From Thermoanaerobaculia bacterium (GTDB lineage Bacteria > Acidobacteriota > Thermoanaerobaculia > Multivoradales > Multivoraceae): a stretch of 64,000 bases of DNA. The notes beneath the pieces are model-generated. The model had not been told where the DNA came from. It worked only from the letters and a program-made list of their open reading frames with translations, and did not search any database. Location of the stretch: positions 1,664,001-1,728,000 of the forward strand of contig OY762911.1 in assembly GCA_963666565.1 (NCBI GenBank), given 5' to 3'. Position 1 is the stretch's first letter; the number at the start of each line of letters is the position of its first letter. Both the position numbers and the translations under genes were made by a program. This document shows, piece after piece, positions 10,108 through 21,633 of this stretch.

Positions 10108-13088
10108 ACGACCGCAAGCAGGCAAACCGAATCTTGATGGACACCGCGCGGGCGATCGCCGCGGAGCGGCCGGCCGCCGAGGTTGAGAACGCGGCCGTCG
10201 GGCGGGTACGCCAGGCAATCGCCGCCGCCGCGGCTGCCGCGGGCGGCGCGCCCGCGAGCGCCGTCCCGACCGAAACCAACGGCGTTTCCGCCGAGACCGG
10301 CGATGCCTCGAACGCGACCCTGGCCTCCTGCGCCGACTACCAGGCGCGGATGCCCGCCCTGGTCGCCGGCACGCTGCCGGAGGCGCAGCGTCTCCTCGTC
10401 GAGGACCACGCGCGCGAGTGCATCCCGTGCCGCAAGCGCCTGCAGGCGGTGCGCGCCGGCCGGGCCGTGTCCGATGCGCCCGCGGGACCCGCCGCGCCGG
10501 CGCGGGTCGGTCGCTACTACGCGGCCGCGGCGGCGCTGGTCGGCGTCGCAGCCGCGGGCGTCTGGCTCGGCCAGCGCCTCCTGCTGCCGCCCCAGGACGA
10601 CCTCCTCCAGGTACGGAGCGTCGACGGTCGCACGTTCCTGGCCGGTTCCGGCGGCGGCGCCGGCCTCGTGGCGCTCGCCCCGGGCGACACGATCGACGGC
10701 GGCGATCGGGTTCGCACCGGCGCCGGCAGCCGGGCGGTCTTCGAGCTCGCCGACGGCTCGCGCCTGGAAGCCGCGGGGCTCACCGCGTTCCGCGTGGACG
10801 CCCGCCGCCAGGGCCACCGCGTCCGCGTGGACCAGGGCAGCATGATCGTCCAGGCGGCGGCTCAGGGGAACGGTTCCCTGGTCGTCTCGACCGAGGAGAT
10901 GCTCGTCTCGGTCAAGGGCACGATCTTCGCCGTCACCCACGGCGTCAAGGGATCGCGGGTGTCCGTGATCGAGGGCGAGGTCGAGGTGGAGCAGGGCCGC
11001 GTGCGGCACAGCCTGCTCGCCGGCGACCAACTGCGGAGCCGGACGACCCTGGCCGCGCTGACCCTGCAGGAAGAGGTCGGCTGGAGCCAGGACGCCGAGC
11101 GCTACCTGGCGCTGCTCGAGGAGTTCAAGGCCCTGCGCAGCGAACTGAACCAGTTGATGGAGGCGGCGGAACCCCGGCACTCGACGAGGCTGCTCGACCT
11201 GATGCCCGCCGACACCGCGGCCTACCTGGCCGTCCCGAACGCCTCGGCCACGTTGAGCGACCTGTTCGAGCTGGTCCGCTCGCGGATGGAGTCGAGCGAT
11301 CTGCTGGCCGAATGGTGGGCGGAAGTCGAGGCGTCGGGCGCGATCGCCGCGGCCGACGACGTCGTCGCGACGCTGCGCGAGTTCGGCGACGCGATGGGCG
11401 ATGAGACCGTCGTGGCGTTCGTTCGCGACGAAACGGCGCCCCTGATCGTGACCGAGGTAACCGACGCCGCCGCGCTGCGCGCCGCGCTCGAGGCGCACCT
11501 TGGAGAGCTGCAGGCCGGAAGCGGCGCGGCGCCGGTCCGGGTTCTGGACGACCTGGACGACCTGGGCGAGCGGGGCGACTTGGGCGAGCAGGACAGTGCG
11601 GCCGGCGACGGCGGCCTCCTGGTCTGGATCGCCGACGATCTCGCCGCGGCCTCGACCTCGCCGGCCGTGCTCCGCGCGGTGGCCGCGAACCGGCAGGAGG
11701 CCGCCGACAACCCCTTCGTCGGTTCCCGGCTCCACGGCCGGCTCGCCGAACGCTACGCCGAAGGCGCCGAGATCCTGGGCGCCATCGACCTGGCGGCGAT
11801 CCTCTCCGGCGAACTGGCCGGCGACGACGAAGCCGAAGACGACGGAGAAGGCGCCGCGCAGTTCGCCTTCACCGGGCTGGACAAGGTCCAGGACCTGGTC
11901 GTCTCCCGCAGCCAGGACGGCGACCGGGCCAACCTCACCGCGACCGTCAGCTTCGACGGCGAACGGTCCGGCATGGTCTCGTGGCTGGGAGAACCGGGGG
12001 CGAACGGGGCGCTCGAGTTCTTCTCTCCCGACGCCTCGTTCGTCACCGCGGGCGTCATCGAGGATCCGGCGACGATCTGGGACGATCTCGTCGGCTTCAT
12101 CGAGGAGCAGGGCGGCGAGATCGACGCGCCGCTGGCCGAGGCCGAGGCAGAGCTGGGGCTTTCGCTGCGCGACGAGTTCCTCGAGCACGTCGGCGGCGAG
12201 TACGCGGCCGGCATCGACGGACCCGTTCTGCCCGCGCCGGCATGGAAGGCGGTGGCCGCCGTCTACGACGCGGACGCGCTCCAGGGCTCGATCGAGACGC
12301 TGGTGGCCAAGGCGGCGGAGATGCTGGCCGAGGCCGAGGGAGACGGGCTCGCGCGGCTCGTCCTGGACGAACGGGAATCGGGCGGCCGCACCGTCTACCG
12401 CCTCGGCTTCGAGACCGCGGAGGACGCGGCGGACGCCGAAGCCGACGACGCGGCGAGCGCCGACGGCGCGGAAGACGCGGACGACGTGGACCCGGAGGAA
12501 GCGCTCGGGTCCCTGCTCGAAACTCGGGAGATCCTCTATGCGTACTTCGATGGGTACATGGTGAGCGCCTCCAGCGTGGCAGCGATCGACGCCGCGATCC
12601 GGTATCGCGGCAGCGGCGCGTCGCTCGTGGACAGCCAGCAGTTCCTCGACCTGCTGCCGCCGAACGGCTACGCCGACTTCTCGGCGGTCGTCTACAACCG
12701 CCTGGCCGACACGGCGAGCGAACTGCTCGGCATGCTGCCGACCGGCGCGGTGGACGACGAGCGGCAGGGTCTCGTCCAGGCGATCGAGGAATCGATCAGC
12801 AGCGTCGGTCCGGCGCTCTACACCGTGTACGCGGGCCGGAGCGAGATTGTCGTGACCTCCAGCGGTCCCAGCTTGCTGGCGTTCTCGGGGTTGGGGCAGG
12901 TGCTCGGCCTCGGCGCGCTGCTGGAGGCGATCCGGGACGAGGACGAGGACGAGGCCGGGCCGGGGGCCGATGTGGTCGCCGGCCTGGCAGCCGGCGAGGA
13001 CGCCGGCGCACCCGGTTTGCGGGCGGCGGCCGCCGACTTGGCCGTCGACGGAGCCGGCGGGGGCAGCTACTTGAGGCCCGCCGCTTGA
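10104..13088 (+). CDS. Large zinc-binding anti-sigma factor with FecR-like domain and long acidic C-terminal domain
   Basis: ZAS motif [12 protein letters not shown] helix, FecR-like [10 protein letters not shown]...[10 protein letters not shown]; coupled to the sigma gene. Confidence 0.78.
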   Translation: MNDRKQANRILMDTARAIAAERPAAEVENAAVGRVRQAIAAAAAAAGGAPASAVPTETNGVSAETGDASNATLASCADYQARMPALVAGTLPEAQRLLVEDHARECIPCRKRLQAVRAGRAVSDAPAGPAAPARVGRYYAAAAALVGVAAAGVWLGQRLLLPPQDDLLQVRSVDGRTFLAGSGGGAGLVALAPGDTIDGGDRVRTGAGSRAVFELADGSRLEAAGLTAFRVDARRQGHRVRVDQGSMIVQAAAQGNGSLVVSTEEMLVSVKGTIFAVTHGVKGSRVSVIEGEVEVEQGRVRHSLLAGDQLRSRTTLAALTLQEEVGWSQDAERYLALLEEFKALRSELNQLMEAAEPRHSTRLLDLMPADTAAYLAVPNASATLSDLFELVRSRMESSDLLAEWWAEVEASGAIAAADDVVATLREFGDAMGDETVVAFVRDETAPLIVTEVTDAAALRAALEAHLGELQAGSGAAPVRVLDDLDDLGERGDLGEQDSAAGDGGLLVWIADDLAAASTSPAVLRAVAANRQEAADNPFVGSRLHGRLAERYAEGAEILGAIDLAAILSGELAGDDEAEDDGEGAAQFAFTGLDKVQDLVVSRSQDGDRANLTATVSFDGERSGMVSWLGEPGANGALEFFSPDASFVTAGVIEDPATIWDDLVGFIEEQGGEIDAPLAEAEAELGLSLRDEFLEHVGGEYAAGIDGPVLPAPAWKAVAAVYDADALQGSIETLVAKAAEMLAEAEGDGLARLVLDERESGGRTVYRLGFETAEDAADAEADDAASADGAEDADDVDPEEALGSLLETREILYAYFDGYMVSASSVAAIDAAIRYRGSGASLVDSQQFLDLLPPNGYADFSAVVYNRLADTASELLGMLPTGAVDDERQGLVQAIEESISSVGPALYTVYAGRSEIVVTSSGPSLLAFSGLGQVLGLGALLEAIRDEDEDEAGPGADVVAGLAAGEDAGAPGLRAAAADLAVDGAGGGSYLRPAA

Positions 13089-14119
13089 CGACGGGCGCCG
13101 CGAGGTCTCGGGCTTCGCCGCTCCGCGGCGGCGCCCGGAGCGGGTCGGAAGACCCGCGCACCGACGGTTCGGCCGGCGCGGCGCCGGTCATCGACCTCGA
13201 CGGCCTGGGGGTCCGCTTCGGCCGGCACCGGGTCCTGGACGACCTGCGCGGCGCCTTCTCGGGCCGGGCGATCGGCCTTCTGGGGCCGAACGGCGCCGGC
13301 AAGACGACCCTGCTCAACACGTTGCTCGGCTTCTACAGGCCGACCGCCGGCACCGCCCGCCTGTTCGGCATGGACGTCGCGAAGCAGGGCCGCGACCTGC
13401 GCCGGCGGGTCGGCTACATGCCGGAGCGGGACGCCTTCATCGCCGGCATCTCCGGCGTCCGGTTCGTCCGCCTGATGGGTGAGATCTCCGGGCTGCCGCC
13501 CGAGGCGGCGCTCGAACGCGCGCACGAGGTCTTCTTCTACGTCGGCCTGGGCGAAGCGCGCTACCGCAACGTCGAGACCTACTCGCTCGGCATGAAGCAA
13601 CTGCTGAAGCTGGCGCAGGCGATCGTCCACGGGCCTAGCCTGCTGTTCCTGGACGAGCCCACGAACGGGCTCGACCCGCCGGCCCGGGTCCGCATGCTGC
13701 GCCTCATCCGGGAAATCCGCGATTCCGGCAAGGCGACCGTCGTCGTCTCCTCGCACCTGCTGCGGGACGTGGAGGAGTGCTGCGAAGAGGTGCTGGTGCT
13801 GAACCGCGGACGGATCGCCACGTACTGCAATCTGGCCGAAGAGCGGCGCGCCAACCGGCGCTTCCTCGAACTGGACCTCGCCGCGGAGCGCGAGGGCGCG
13901 GGGAGCGCCTTCCGGGCCGCGATCGAGGGGCTCGGCTGCGAGGTGGGCGTGGTCAACCGTCGCCGGATCAAGGCCGTCCTGCCGCCCGGCGTCGAGGTGC
14001 GCCACATCTACGCTTCGGCGATCGAGCAGGACATCGTCATTCGGCGGCTCGACTACAAGCGGACCTCGCTGGAGGACATCTTCCTCCGGGCGATGGAGGG
14101 CGACGATGGCCGTCTATGA
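13085..14119 (+). CDS. ABC transporter ATP-binding protein
   Basis: [28 protein letters not shown]; start uncertain (TTG 13085 overlaps upstream stop). Confidence 0.9.
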   Translation: MTTGAARSRASPLRGGARSGSEDPRTDGSAGAAPVIDLDGLGVRFGRHRVLDDLRGAFSGRAIGLLGPNGAGKTTLLNTLLGFYRPTAGTARLFGMDVAKQGRDLRRRVGYMPERDAFIAGISGVRFVRLMGEISGLPPEAALERAHEVFFYVGLGEARYRNVETYSLGMKQLLKLAQAIVHGPSLLFLDEPTNGLDPPARVRMLRLIREIRDSGKATVVVSSHLLRDVEECCEEVLVLNRGRIATYCNLAEERRANRRFLELDLAAEREGAGSAFRAAIEGLGCEVGVVNRRRIKAVLPPGVEVRHIYASAIEQDIVIRRLDYKRTSLEDIFLRAMEGDDGRL

Positions 14120-14978
14120 CCACGGCTACAAGGGCTACGACGGGCCGCTGATGCCGGCGCGCAGCCGGTTCCTCGTCATCAGCCGGTACGGGCTGCGCGA
14201 CGCGTTCTCTTCGCGGCTGTTCCTCGCCTTCTTCGCGTTCTGCTTCGCCTGGCCGCTGGCGCTGCTGGTCGCCATGTACCTGCGCTACAACGCGGAGGCG
14301 CTCGCCGTCGTCAATCTCGACTCGACGGACCTGCTCGACTTCCTGCAGGTGAACGCCTGGTTCTTCCAGAACGTCTTCCTGCGGAACCAGTTGATGCTGG
14401 GCTTCGTCCTCGTCCTGGTGACGGGGCCGTCGCTGGTGTCGGCGGATCTCCGCAACCGCGCGATGCCGCTCTACCTCTCGCGGCCGCTGACGCGGACCGA
14501 CTACGTGCTGGGCAAGCTCGTCGTCCTCGGCGTGCTGGTGTCGGCGATCACCTGGGCGCCGGGGCTGCTGCTGTTCGCCATCCAGGCTTCGCTCGGCGGC
14601 CGGGAGTGGCTGGTGGAGCACTGGCGGGTCGCCCCGGCCATGGTCGTCGTCTCGGCGGCCTGGATTCTCTGCATGTCGCTGCCGATGCTGGCCATCGCGG
14701 CCTGGGTCAAGTGGAAGCCGTGGGCGCGGATCGTGTTCCTGGGCCTGATCATGGTCGGCTCGGCGTTCGGCGAGTTCTACAAGGCGTTCTACGACTCCTG
14801 GCTCGGCAGCATGGTCGTCGCCTTCGACGTGGCGGACAGGCTCTCCGCCGCGGTGTTCGGCGCGGAGTCGCGTCTGGAGATGCCGGCAGCGGCGGCCTGG
14901 GTGGCGGCCGCGGGGCTCGCGGCGCTGTCGGCGGCCTTGCTCTATCGGCGCGTGCGCGCCTTCGAGGTCGTCAGGTGA
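14106..14978 (+). CDS. ABC-2 type permease
   Basis: Multiple TM helices; [16 protein letters not shown] motif. Confidence 0.85.
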   Translation: MAVYDHGYKGYDGPLMPARSRFLVISRYGLRDAFSSRLFLAFFAFCFAWPLALLVAMYLRYNAEALAVVNLDSTDLLDFLQVNAWFFQNVFLRNQLMLGFVLVLVTGPSLVSADLRNRAMPLYLSRPLTRTDYVLGKLVVLGVLVSAITWAPGLLLFAIQASLGGREWLVEHWRVAPAMVVVSAAWILCMSLPMLAIAAWVKWKPWARIVFLGLIMVGSAFGEFYKAFYDSWLGSMVVAFDVADRLSAAVFGAESRLEMPAAAAWVAAAGLAALSAALLYRRVRAFEVVR

Positions 14979-15931
14979 GCGATGACCGCAATATCGTCCT
15001 CCGCGACGTCTCGAAGTTCTACGGCGACGTGCTGGGCGTCAACCGGGTCGACCTGGTCATCGAGCCGGGGATCACCAGCCTGGTGGGGCCGAACGGTTCG
15101 GGCAAGAGCACCCTGATGAACCTGCTGGCGGGGCTGCTGCGTCCCACGCGGGGGGAGATCCGCGTCCTCGGCGTCCCGGTCGGCCGTCCGTGGGAGCAGT
15201 TCCGGAACTTCGGCTACTGCACCCAGTTCGACTCCTTCCCGCGCGGCGTCAGCGGCTGGCAGTTCGTCTTCTCCTACCTGCTGCTGCACGGGCTGGAGCG
15301 GGGAGAGGCGGAACGCCTGACCGCGCGGGCGCTGGAGCGGGTCGGACTGATCGACGCTGCCCACCGGCGGGTCGCCGGCTACAGCAAGGGCATGCGCCAG
15401 CGGATCAAGCTGGCCCAGGCGATCGCCCACGGACCGCAGGTCATGGTGCTGGACGAACCGCTGAACGGCCTCGACCCGATGGTGCGCGCGGAGACGATCG
15501 ACCTCTTCCGCCAGCTCGCCCGCGAAGGCCAGCACGTGCTCATCTCCAGCCACATCCTTCACGAAGTCGACCTGCTCTCCGACCGGGTGATCCTGATCTC
15601 GAACGGCTACATCGTCGCGGAAGGCGAGGTGCCCGGCATGAGGGCCGAGGTCGAGGAGGCGCGGGAGCGGCCGGCGCAGGTCTTCGTCCGCTGCAATCGC
15701 CCGAAGTGGCTCGCCGGGCAGGCGTTCCAGCTCGACCACGTGACCGAGGTCCAGCTCCACGACGACGGCGGCGGCATCCACCTGCGGACCCGCGACGCGG
15801 ACCGCTTCCTGCGGCTGGTGGCCGAGCTGGTCGCGGAGGGCGGCGTGGAGGTCGAGGCGGTCGGGCCCGCCGACAGCGACCTGCAGGCGGTCTACCGCTA
15901 CCTCGTGAACGAAGACGAGGAGCCGTCGTGA
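14975..15931 (+). CDS. ABC transporter ATP-binding protein
   Basis: [28 protein letters not shown]; GTGA coupling. Confidence 0.92.
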   Translation: MSDDRNIVLRDVSKFYGDVLGVNRVDLVIEPGITSLVGPNGSGKSTLMNLLAGLLRPTRGEIRVLGVPVGRPWEQFRNFGYCTQFDSFPRGVSGWQFVFSYLLLHGLERGEAERLTARALERVGLIDAAHRRVAGYSKGMRQRIKLAQAIAHGPQVMVLDEPLNGLDPMVRAETIDLFRQLAREGQHVLISSHILHEVDLLSDRVILISNGYIVAEGEVPGMRAEVEEARERPAQVFVRCNRPKWLAGQAFQLDHVTEVQLHDDGGGIHLRTRDADRFLRLVAELVAEGGVEVEAVGPADSDLQAVYRYLVNEDEEPS

Positions 15932-16779
15932 CGGTGGCCCCCGGGGCGGCGGCGCGCGGGGTGGACTGGCCGCTGCTCGGCCGCCAGGTCCTTGGGCTGG
16001 TGCGCCTGGAACTCCGCCGGCTGCTGCTGACCCGCCGGGCGCTGCTGCTCGGCATCGCCGCGGCGATGCCGGTCGTCATCGTCCTGCTCGTCGCCACGGT
16101 GCCCGTCGGCGGCCAGTCGGTGCTGGAGCGGTTCGGCAGCCGCACGGTGTACGAGACGATCTTCGAGACCGTCTTCCTCGGCGCGATTCTGTTCTTCGGC
16201 TGCCTCTACGTGTTCTTCAACCTGTTCCGCGGCGAGATCCTGGAGCGCAGCCTGCACTACCTGCTGCTCGCGCCCGTGCGACGAGAGCTCGTGGTGCTCG
16301 CCAAGTTCGCGGCGGCGGTCGCCGCGGTGGCGGCGCTGTTCATGGCCAGCACCGCGCTCAGCTACCTGACGACCTACGCCGGCGTCGGTGTGCGGGTGGC
16401 GCTGGACGACCTGACGGCCGGCCCGGGTGGCGCGCACCTGTTCGCATACCTCGGCGTCACCCTGCTCGGCTGCATCGGCTACGGCGCCCTGTTCACCCTG
16501 ATCGGCATGGTGTTCCGGAACCCCATCGTCCCGGCCGCCGCTCTCTACTTCTGGGAGATGCTCCACTTCCTGCTGCCGCCGGCGCTCAAGAAGCTCTCCG
16601 TCATCCACTACCTGAAGGGCCTGCTCCCGGTGCCGCTTCCGGAGGGCCCGTTCGCCGTCGTCGTCGAACCGCCGCCGGCCGCCGTATCCGTCCTCGGCCT
16701 GCTGGCCTTCGCCGCCGTCGTCCTGGCTCTGACGGCCCTGATCGTGAGGCGGATGGAGGTCCGCTACACCGAGGACTGA
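15928..16779 (+). CDS. ABC-2 type permease
   Basis: Multiple TM helices; [19 protein letters not shown] motif; GTGA coupling. Confidence 0.85.
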   Translation: MTVAPGAAARGVDWPLLGRQVLGLVRLELRRLLLTRRALLLGIAAAMPVVIVLLVATVPVGGQSVLERFGSRTVYETIFETVFLGAILFFGCLYVFFNLFRGEILERSLHYLLLAPVRRELVVLAKFAAAVAAVAALFMASTALSYLTTYAGVGVRVALDDLTAGPGGAHLFAYLGVTLLGCIGYGALFTLIGMVFRNPIVPAAALYFWEMLHFLLPPALKKLSVIHYLKGLLPVPLPEGPFAVVVEPPPAAVSVLGLLAFAAVVLALTALIVRRMEVRYTED

Positions 16780-16942
16780 CGGGTGCGCGGGTCTGCCATC
16801 CGTGCGCCCGATGACGGACGCACGGACTGGGACGCTGGCGGCGCGGATACGCGCCAGGGTGCTGGCCCGCTGCCGCCGTAGGCGGCGGCAAGACGCGTCG
16901 GCCGAAGGCCGGCTCCTCTCCCCATCTGCCACCATTGCTCCC

Positions 16943-17368
16943 ATGGCCACGTTCGACATCGGCGGCCTGGCGATCCCCGAGCAGGCACTGACCTTCAAGT
17001 TCGTCCGTTCCTCCGGGCCCGGCGGGCAGAACGTGAACAAGGTCGCTACCGCGGCGCAGTGCCGCCTCGACCTCGACGCGGCCGGCATCGAGGGCGCCCT
17101 GCGGCGCCGCCTGGAGAAGGCTGCCGGGAAGCGCCTCACCGTCGGCGGCGAGATCGTCGTGTCAGCTGAAACCCACCGTACCCAGGCCCGCAACCGGGAA
17201 GCGGCGCTCGCTCGCCTCGCGGAGCTGATCGAAGAAGCTCGTCGGGAACCCCGCCCGCGCCGGCCGACCCGGCCGTCCGCCCGCGCTCGCGAGCGCCGGC
17301 TTCAGGACAAGCGCCGGCGCGGCGAGACGAAGAAGCGCCGCGCCGCGGTCGATCTCGATGGGGACTAG
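16943..17368 (+). CDS. arfB: Alternative ribosome rescue factor B (peptidyl-tRNA hydrolase YaeJ)
   Basis: RSSGPGGQNVNK, RTQARNR, basic C-terminal tail. Confidence 0.92.
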   Translation: MATFDIGGLAIPEQALTFKFVRSSGPGGQNVNKVATAAQCRLDLDAAGIEGALRRRLEKAAGKRLTVGGEIVVSAETHRTQARNREAALARLAELIEEARREPRPRRPTRPSARARERRLQDKRRRGETKKRRAAVDLDGD

Positions 17369-17426
17369 CGCCGCACAACCTGTCGCAGGCCCCAGGTTGG
17401 TCCGAGCACCGATGTCCAGCCCAGTC

Positions 17427-17587
17427 GGGTCAGGAGGGGTCGGCGCACATGTGCCTCTGAACGAGCGACGGCCAAAGCCTCCGCGGAAGCCGACGTCGAA
17501 CCGGAGCGAGTGAAGCGGAGCGAGCGCAACCCCCTCGCATCTCCTCTCAAGCGCGAGCGTCACCTGGGCGCCGACCCCTCCTGACCC
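17427..17587. repeat. 161-bp element with terminal inverted repeats (MITE/REPIN-like) between convergent genes
   Basis: GGGTCAGGAGGGGTCGGCGC (17427-17446) / GCGCCGACCCCTCCTGACCC (17568-17587), extendable to 27 bp with 2 mismatches. Confidence 0.75.
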
Positions 17588-17640
17588 AAGACGGGCGGGT
17601 GCGTCCGACGCCGCTTCGCTGCGTTCTGCGGCAAAGCCTC

Positions 17641-18036
17641 CTAGCGCAACGCCTTCCGGCACGAAACGGTCGTGAACTGCCCGCGGTCCGCTGTCACCAG
17701 GTCGATCTCGATGTCCTGGCCCCGGCTCAGCTCGTCCCACACCGGATGGTCGAGCGACGGGCAGGCGATCTCGCCGGCCATTCGCTCGCGCTGGCGGCCG
17801 GGCATGTTCATCAGGTCGCCCGCGAACTCCGGGATCACCTGGACCCGGTGAACGAGACGGTCCACCCGTTCCAGTTCCCTGCCGACCCATACCCTGGTCC
17901 ATCCCTGACGCAACCGCTGCGGCGACGGGAAGTCGACGCCGTGACGGTAGACCAGATCGGCGCCGACGTGCGGCGGAGAGCCGCACGAGACGGGCGCCAC
18001 GGCGGCGACGAGCAACGGAAGAAGCAGGCGGCGCAT
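17641..18036 (-). CDS. Small hypothetical lipoprotein
   Basis: MRRLLLPLLVAAVAPVSC lipobox-like signal peptide. Confidence 0.6.
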   Translation of the reverse strand: MRRLLLPLLVAAVAPVSCGSPPHVGADLVYRHGVDFPSPQRLRQGWTRVWVGRELERVDRLVHRVQVIPEFAGDLMNMPGRQRERMAGEIACPSLDHPVWDELSRGQDIEIDLVTADRGQFTTVSCRKALR

Positions 18037-18084
18037 CGCGCCGGAGAAACTACCGCACTCCGCTCGAACGCGACAGTGCGACTT

Positions 18085-18221
18085 GGGTGCGCGGGTCTTC
18101 CGACCCGCTGCCGCCGCAGGCGGCGTCCGGAATCGTCGCCGGCCCTTGGCCGACGGCCGTGTTGTCCGGGCTACGCCGCTCGGCGGCGTCGCCCTGGGCG
18201 GGTCGGAAGACCCGCGCACCC
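18085..18221. repeat. REPIN-like inverted pair of family A REP copies
   Basis: Copies at 18085-18108 and 18198-18221 are exact reverse complements. Confidence 0.8.
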
Positions 18222-18257
18222 GGCGAAGTCCAGCAAGGCTGAGGCTAAGCTCCGCCC

Positions 18258-19583
18258 ATGCGCGCAGCGGCCCTCCTCGTCTTCGCCTTCGCAACGGTCG
18301 CACCCGCCCTCCAGGCCGACGACTGGCCCCAGTGGCGCGGCGATGAACGCCGCGGCGTCTGGCACGAGGACGGCATCATCGAGCGCTTCCCCGAAGACGG
18401 CCTCCGCTTCGCCTGGCGGGCGCCGATCGGCCCCGGCTACGGCGGCCCGGCGGTCGCCGCGGGCCGCGTGTTCGCGACCGATTTCGAGCGCCTGCCCGGC
18501 AACCGCGGCCGCGAACGCCTGCTGGTCCTCGACGAGCGGACCGGCAAACAGCTCTGGGAGCACGCCTGGGAGACCGAGCTGGCCGGCCTCATGCCCGCCT
18601 ACGCGAACGGCCCGCGCGCCACGCCCACCGTAGACGGCGACCGCGTCCATGTCCTCGGCTCCGCTGGCTACCTGGCGGCGCTGGCCGTCGACGACGGCCG
18701 CGTGCTCTGGCGGCACGACCTGGTCGCGGACTACGGAGCGCCGATCCAGCCCTGGGGCTTCGTCGGCGCGCCGCTCGCCGACGGCCGCCAGATCGTCGTC
18801 CTCGTCGGCGGCGAGCCGGACGCCATGGTCGTCGCCTTCGACCGCGAGAGCGGCGACGAACTCTGGCGTTCGATGGAAGTGGACAACGAGCCGGGCTACA
18901 ACCCGCCGGTCATCTACGAACTCGGCGGCCGGCGGCACCTCGTCGTCTGGCATCCGAAGGGCATCGCCGGCCTCGACCCGGACGGCGGCGAGGTGTTCTG
19001 GCGGTTCCCCTACGAAGTGGAGTACGGCCAGACGATCGCGACGCCGATCCAGGACGGCGACCAGCTCCTCGTCTCCTCCGCCTCGCACGGCTCCACGCTG
19101 ATCGAGGTCGCCGGCCCGTCAGGCGGCAAGCCCGAGGCCAGGATCGTCTGGAAGGGCAAGAGCAGCAGCAAGCAGAACCTCGACGGCCTGCACGCCTTCA
19201 ACTCCACGCCCGTCTTCGACGGCGACATGATCTACGGCATCGGCGGCCAGGGAGCGCTCCGCGCCATCGACCGCGCCACCGGCAAGGAAGTCTGGGCGAC
19301 CTTCGAGCCCAGCGAAGACGCCCGCATCGCCACCGCCTTCCTGGTCCGCAACGGCGACCGCTACTTCATCAGCAACGACCGCGGGGAACTGATGATCGCC
19401 CGCCTGAGCCGGGACGGCTACCGCGAGATCGACCGGACCCGCCTGCTCGAACCGACCACCCGCAGCATCCGCATCCGCCGCGAACTCGGCAAGCTCCTCT
19501 GGGTGCACCCCGCCTACGCGAACGGCCACATCGTGCATCGCAACGACCGGGAGATCGTGCGGGCCTCGCTGCTCGCCGAGTAG
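18258..19583 (+). CDS. PQQ-binding-like beta-propeller repeat protein
   Basis: Signal peptide then DWPQWRG; repeated D..TGK.LW blades; GPRATP. Confidence 0.88.
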   Translation: MRAAALLVFAFATVAPALQADDWPQWRGDERRGVWHEDGIIERFPEDGLRFAWRAPIGPGYGGPAVAAGRVFATDFERLPGNRGRERLLVLDERTGKQLWEHAWETELAGLMPAYANGPRATPTVDGDRVHVLGSAGYLAALAVDDGRVLWRHDLVADYGAPIQPWGFVGAPLADGRQIVVLVGGEPDAMVVAFDRESGDELWRSMEVDNEPGYNPPVIYELGGRRHLVVWHPKGIAGLDPDGGEVFWRFPYEVEYGQTIATPIQDGDQLLVSSASHGSTLIEVAGPSGGKPEARIVWKGKSSSKQNLDGLHAFNSTPVFDGDMIYGIGGQGALRAIDRATGKEVWATFEPSEDARIATAFLVRNGDRYFISNDRGELMIARLSRDGYREIDRTRLLEPTTRSIRIRRELGKLLWVHPAYANGHIVHRNDREIVRASLLAE

Positions 19584-19607
19584 GCGGACCGCCGGTGCGC
19601 CTACTCG

Positions 19608-20531
19608 TCACGGGGCCGCCTCCGTGACGCACCGCTCCACGAACGGCATCATCGCCGCGACGCAGTCGGCCGGCCTCTCGAGCTGGAGGAGGTGCGTCGT
19701 GTCCGGCACGAAGTCGTAGTCGAGGGCGAGGATCTCCCTGAGGTCCACGGTGGGGAGAAACGAGAAGGGCACCGTGGGGTCCGAGCCGACGATCTTCGCG
19801 GGACACGAGACGCGGCTCAGGTCCGCCGCTCCCGCCCAGCGAGGGCCTTCCAGGGAAATCCTCGCTTCGTACTCTCGCGGACAGCGCAGTTCGTATCCGT
19901 CGCCGTTCGAGGCTTGCCGAAGCGTTGTGCGCGCGATGAGTTCGGGCGCGCCGGGGCAGAGAAGCTGGAAGCTGGGAGCGCGAAGGACGCGGTCCATGAA
20001 CTCCTCGACGCTCGCGAAGCGTTCACGGCGCCTCAGGGCGGCCTGGCCCAGGCGGCCGAGCATCTTCTCCACCTTCTCGACATCCTCGGGCCGGCAGCCT
20101 GGGGGGCAGACGACCGGGTCGAACAGAACGAGAGCCGAGTACGCCGACTCGCGACTGGCGTGAACGAGCGCCGACTGCGCCGACACCGAGTGGAACACGC
20201 CGATCTTCGACTTGAATCCGAAGTGCCGGTCGATCGCCTGCGCGATCGTCGCGTGGTCTTCGACGAAGGCGCCGATGTTGTGATCCTCGCCGCGTCCGAC
20301 CGGGTTCCATCCGTGGTTGCGGAGGTCGAAGAGAACGACGTCGAACCTGCCGGTGAGCAGCGACCAGAAGGGGTAGTAGGCGTCGGCGGCGAACCCGTTG
20401 CAGTGACTGACGACGAGCCTGGGACCGCCGGGGTTGCCGTGCCGCCTGAGAACGATCGTCGCGCCATCGGCCATGCGGGCTTCGGCCGTCGCCAAGGGCT
20501 TCGGCACTTCCCAGCGTTGCGGTTGGTTCAT
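19608..20531 (-). CDS. Alpha/beta fold hydrolase
   Basis: HCNGF, FDLRNHG, FHSVSA nucleophile elbow, C-terminal HLLQLERP. Confidence 0.82.
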   Translation of the reverse strand: MNQPQRWEVPKPLATAEARMADGATIVLRRHGNPGGPRLVVSHCNGFAADAYYPFWSLLTGRFDVVLFDLRNHGWNPVGRGEDHNIGAFVEDHATIAQAIDRHFGFKSKIGVFHSVSAQSALVHASRESAYSALVLFDPVVCPPGCRPEDVEKVEKMLGRLGQAALRRRERFASVEEFMDRVLRAPSFQLLCPGAPELIARTTLRQASNGDGYELRCPREYEARISLEGPRWAGAADLSRVSCPAKIVGSDPTVPFSFLPTVDLREILALDYDFVPDTTHLLQLERPADCVAAMMPFVERCVTEAAP

Positions 20532-20595
20532 CGGTCGGGCGGGCTTGGCGGAGAACGCTTGATTCTAGCGGCGTGCTGTGTGCTAAGTTCGGCCC

Positions 20596-20835
20596 ATGCG
20601 ATTGCACATCGCGCTGGACGACGACCTCGTGGCCGAACTCGACCGGCGTGCCGGCCCCAGGCAGCGTAGCGCCTTCATCGCTGAACTGATCCAGCGGGGA
20701 CTCGACGACGAACGGCGCTGGGACGACATCGAAGCGGCGCTTGGCGGCATCTCCGACACGGGCCACGAGTGGGACGACGACCCGGCGGAGTGGGTGCGAC
20801 GCCAGCGGCGCGGCGACCGTCGGCGTTCAGGCTGA
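20596..20835 (+). CDS. Ribbon-helix-helix (CopG/VapB-type) antitoxin
   Basis: MRLHIALDDDLVAELD...RSAFIAELI RHH pattern, upstream of a PIN gene. Confidence 0.82.
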   Translation: MRLHIALDDDLVAELDRRAGPRQRSAFIAELIQRGLDDERRWDDIEAALGGISDTGHEWDDDPAEWVRRQRRGDRRRSG

Positions 20836-20837
20836 CC

Positions 20838-21227
20838 TTGAGCCGCCTGTTGCTCGATTCGACCGTGCTCATCGACGCCCTTCGGGGCCGTCGGGCGGCT
20901 GCGCAGGTAGCGGCTCTTCGCCGGCAAGGGACCGAGCCGTGGGTATGCGTCGTTTCGGTGGATGAGATCTGGAGGGGCATTCGACCCGGTGAAGAGTTGG
21001 CGGCGAGGAGGCTCTTCAGGGGCCTTCGTCTCGCTCCTCTGGGGAAGGCCCAGGGAATGGTGGCCGGCCGCTGGCGCCGCGAGTTCGCCGAGATGGGCGT
21101 CACGTTGCACCAAGCCGACTGCCTGATCGCCGCGGCCGCCGTCGGCGTCGGCGCCGCATTGGCCACGGCCAACGTGCGCGACTACCCGATGGCGGCGGTC
21201 GAGGTGAGAGAATGGCCAGTGGGTTAG
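20838..21227 (+). CDS. vapC: PIN-domain VapC-type toxin
   Basis: LLLDSTVLID, ADCLIAAAA, LATANVRDYP. Confidence 0.88.
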   Translation: MSRLLLDSTVLIDALRGRRAAAQVAALRRQGTEPWVCVVSVDEIWRGIRPGEELAARRLFRGLRLAPLGKAQGMVAGRWRREFAEMGVTLHQADCLIAAAAVGVGAALATANVRDYPMAAVEVREWPVG

Positions 21228-21633
21228 GGTATCGGCCGGAGGCCCAAAGGCCGCGCCGTTCCCCAGGGAGTCGCTCGGAGCCCGAGCGGTCCTGTTCACC
21301 TTTGAGCAAGGACGCGGAAGCCGAAGCGGAGACCATGTAGAGCCGCAACGCCGGGTTGGTGCCTCATGCGACATGGAGAGCGCCATCCGTGGACACCGCT
21401 TGCAGACTCTGGGACTCCGCTCCACCCTTGGACGCCGTTGCTTCAATCTCCGAATGTAGGCATGAAGCCCGCGCGGGCGTCGGCGCCTTGATGTCGCAAC
21501 TTCCTCCGGCGGCCGCGTGGCACCGACTCCCGGTGATTCTTGGTTTGTGTACAATGGTCGAATCCAAGCAGCTCATGCCAACGGCGCAACGGCTCGTGTC
21601 GCAGAGCGCCGAAAAGTCCTGGGGACACTATAG

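Noticed and set aside
11981-13084. Long N-terminal extension of the ABC ATPase (712-aa ORF); similarly 14606, 15190, 39024 and 58866-61127 extensions
   Set aside because: They overlap real upstream genes in another frame and are Arg/Gly/Pro-rich shadow translations typical of high-GC DNA.
21228-21633. tRNA, att site or small gene at the left island border
   Set aside because: No cloverleaf, no repeat matching the right border, and the short ORFs lack RBS or motifs.
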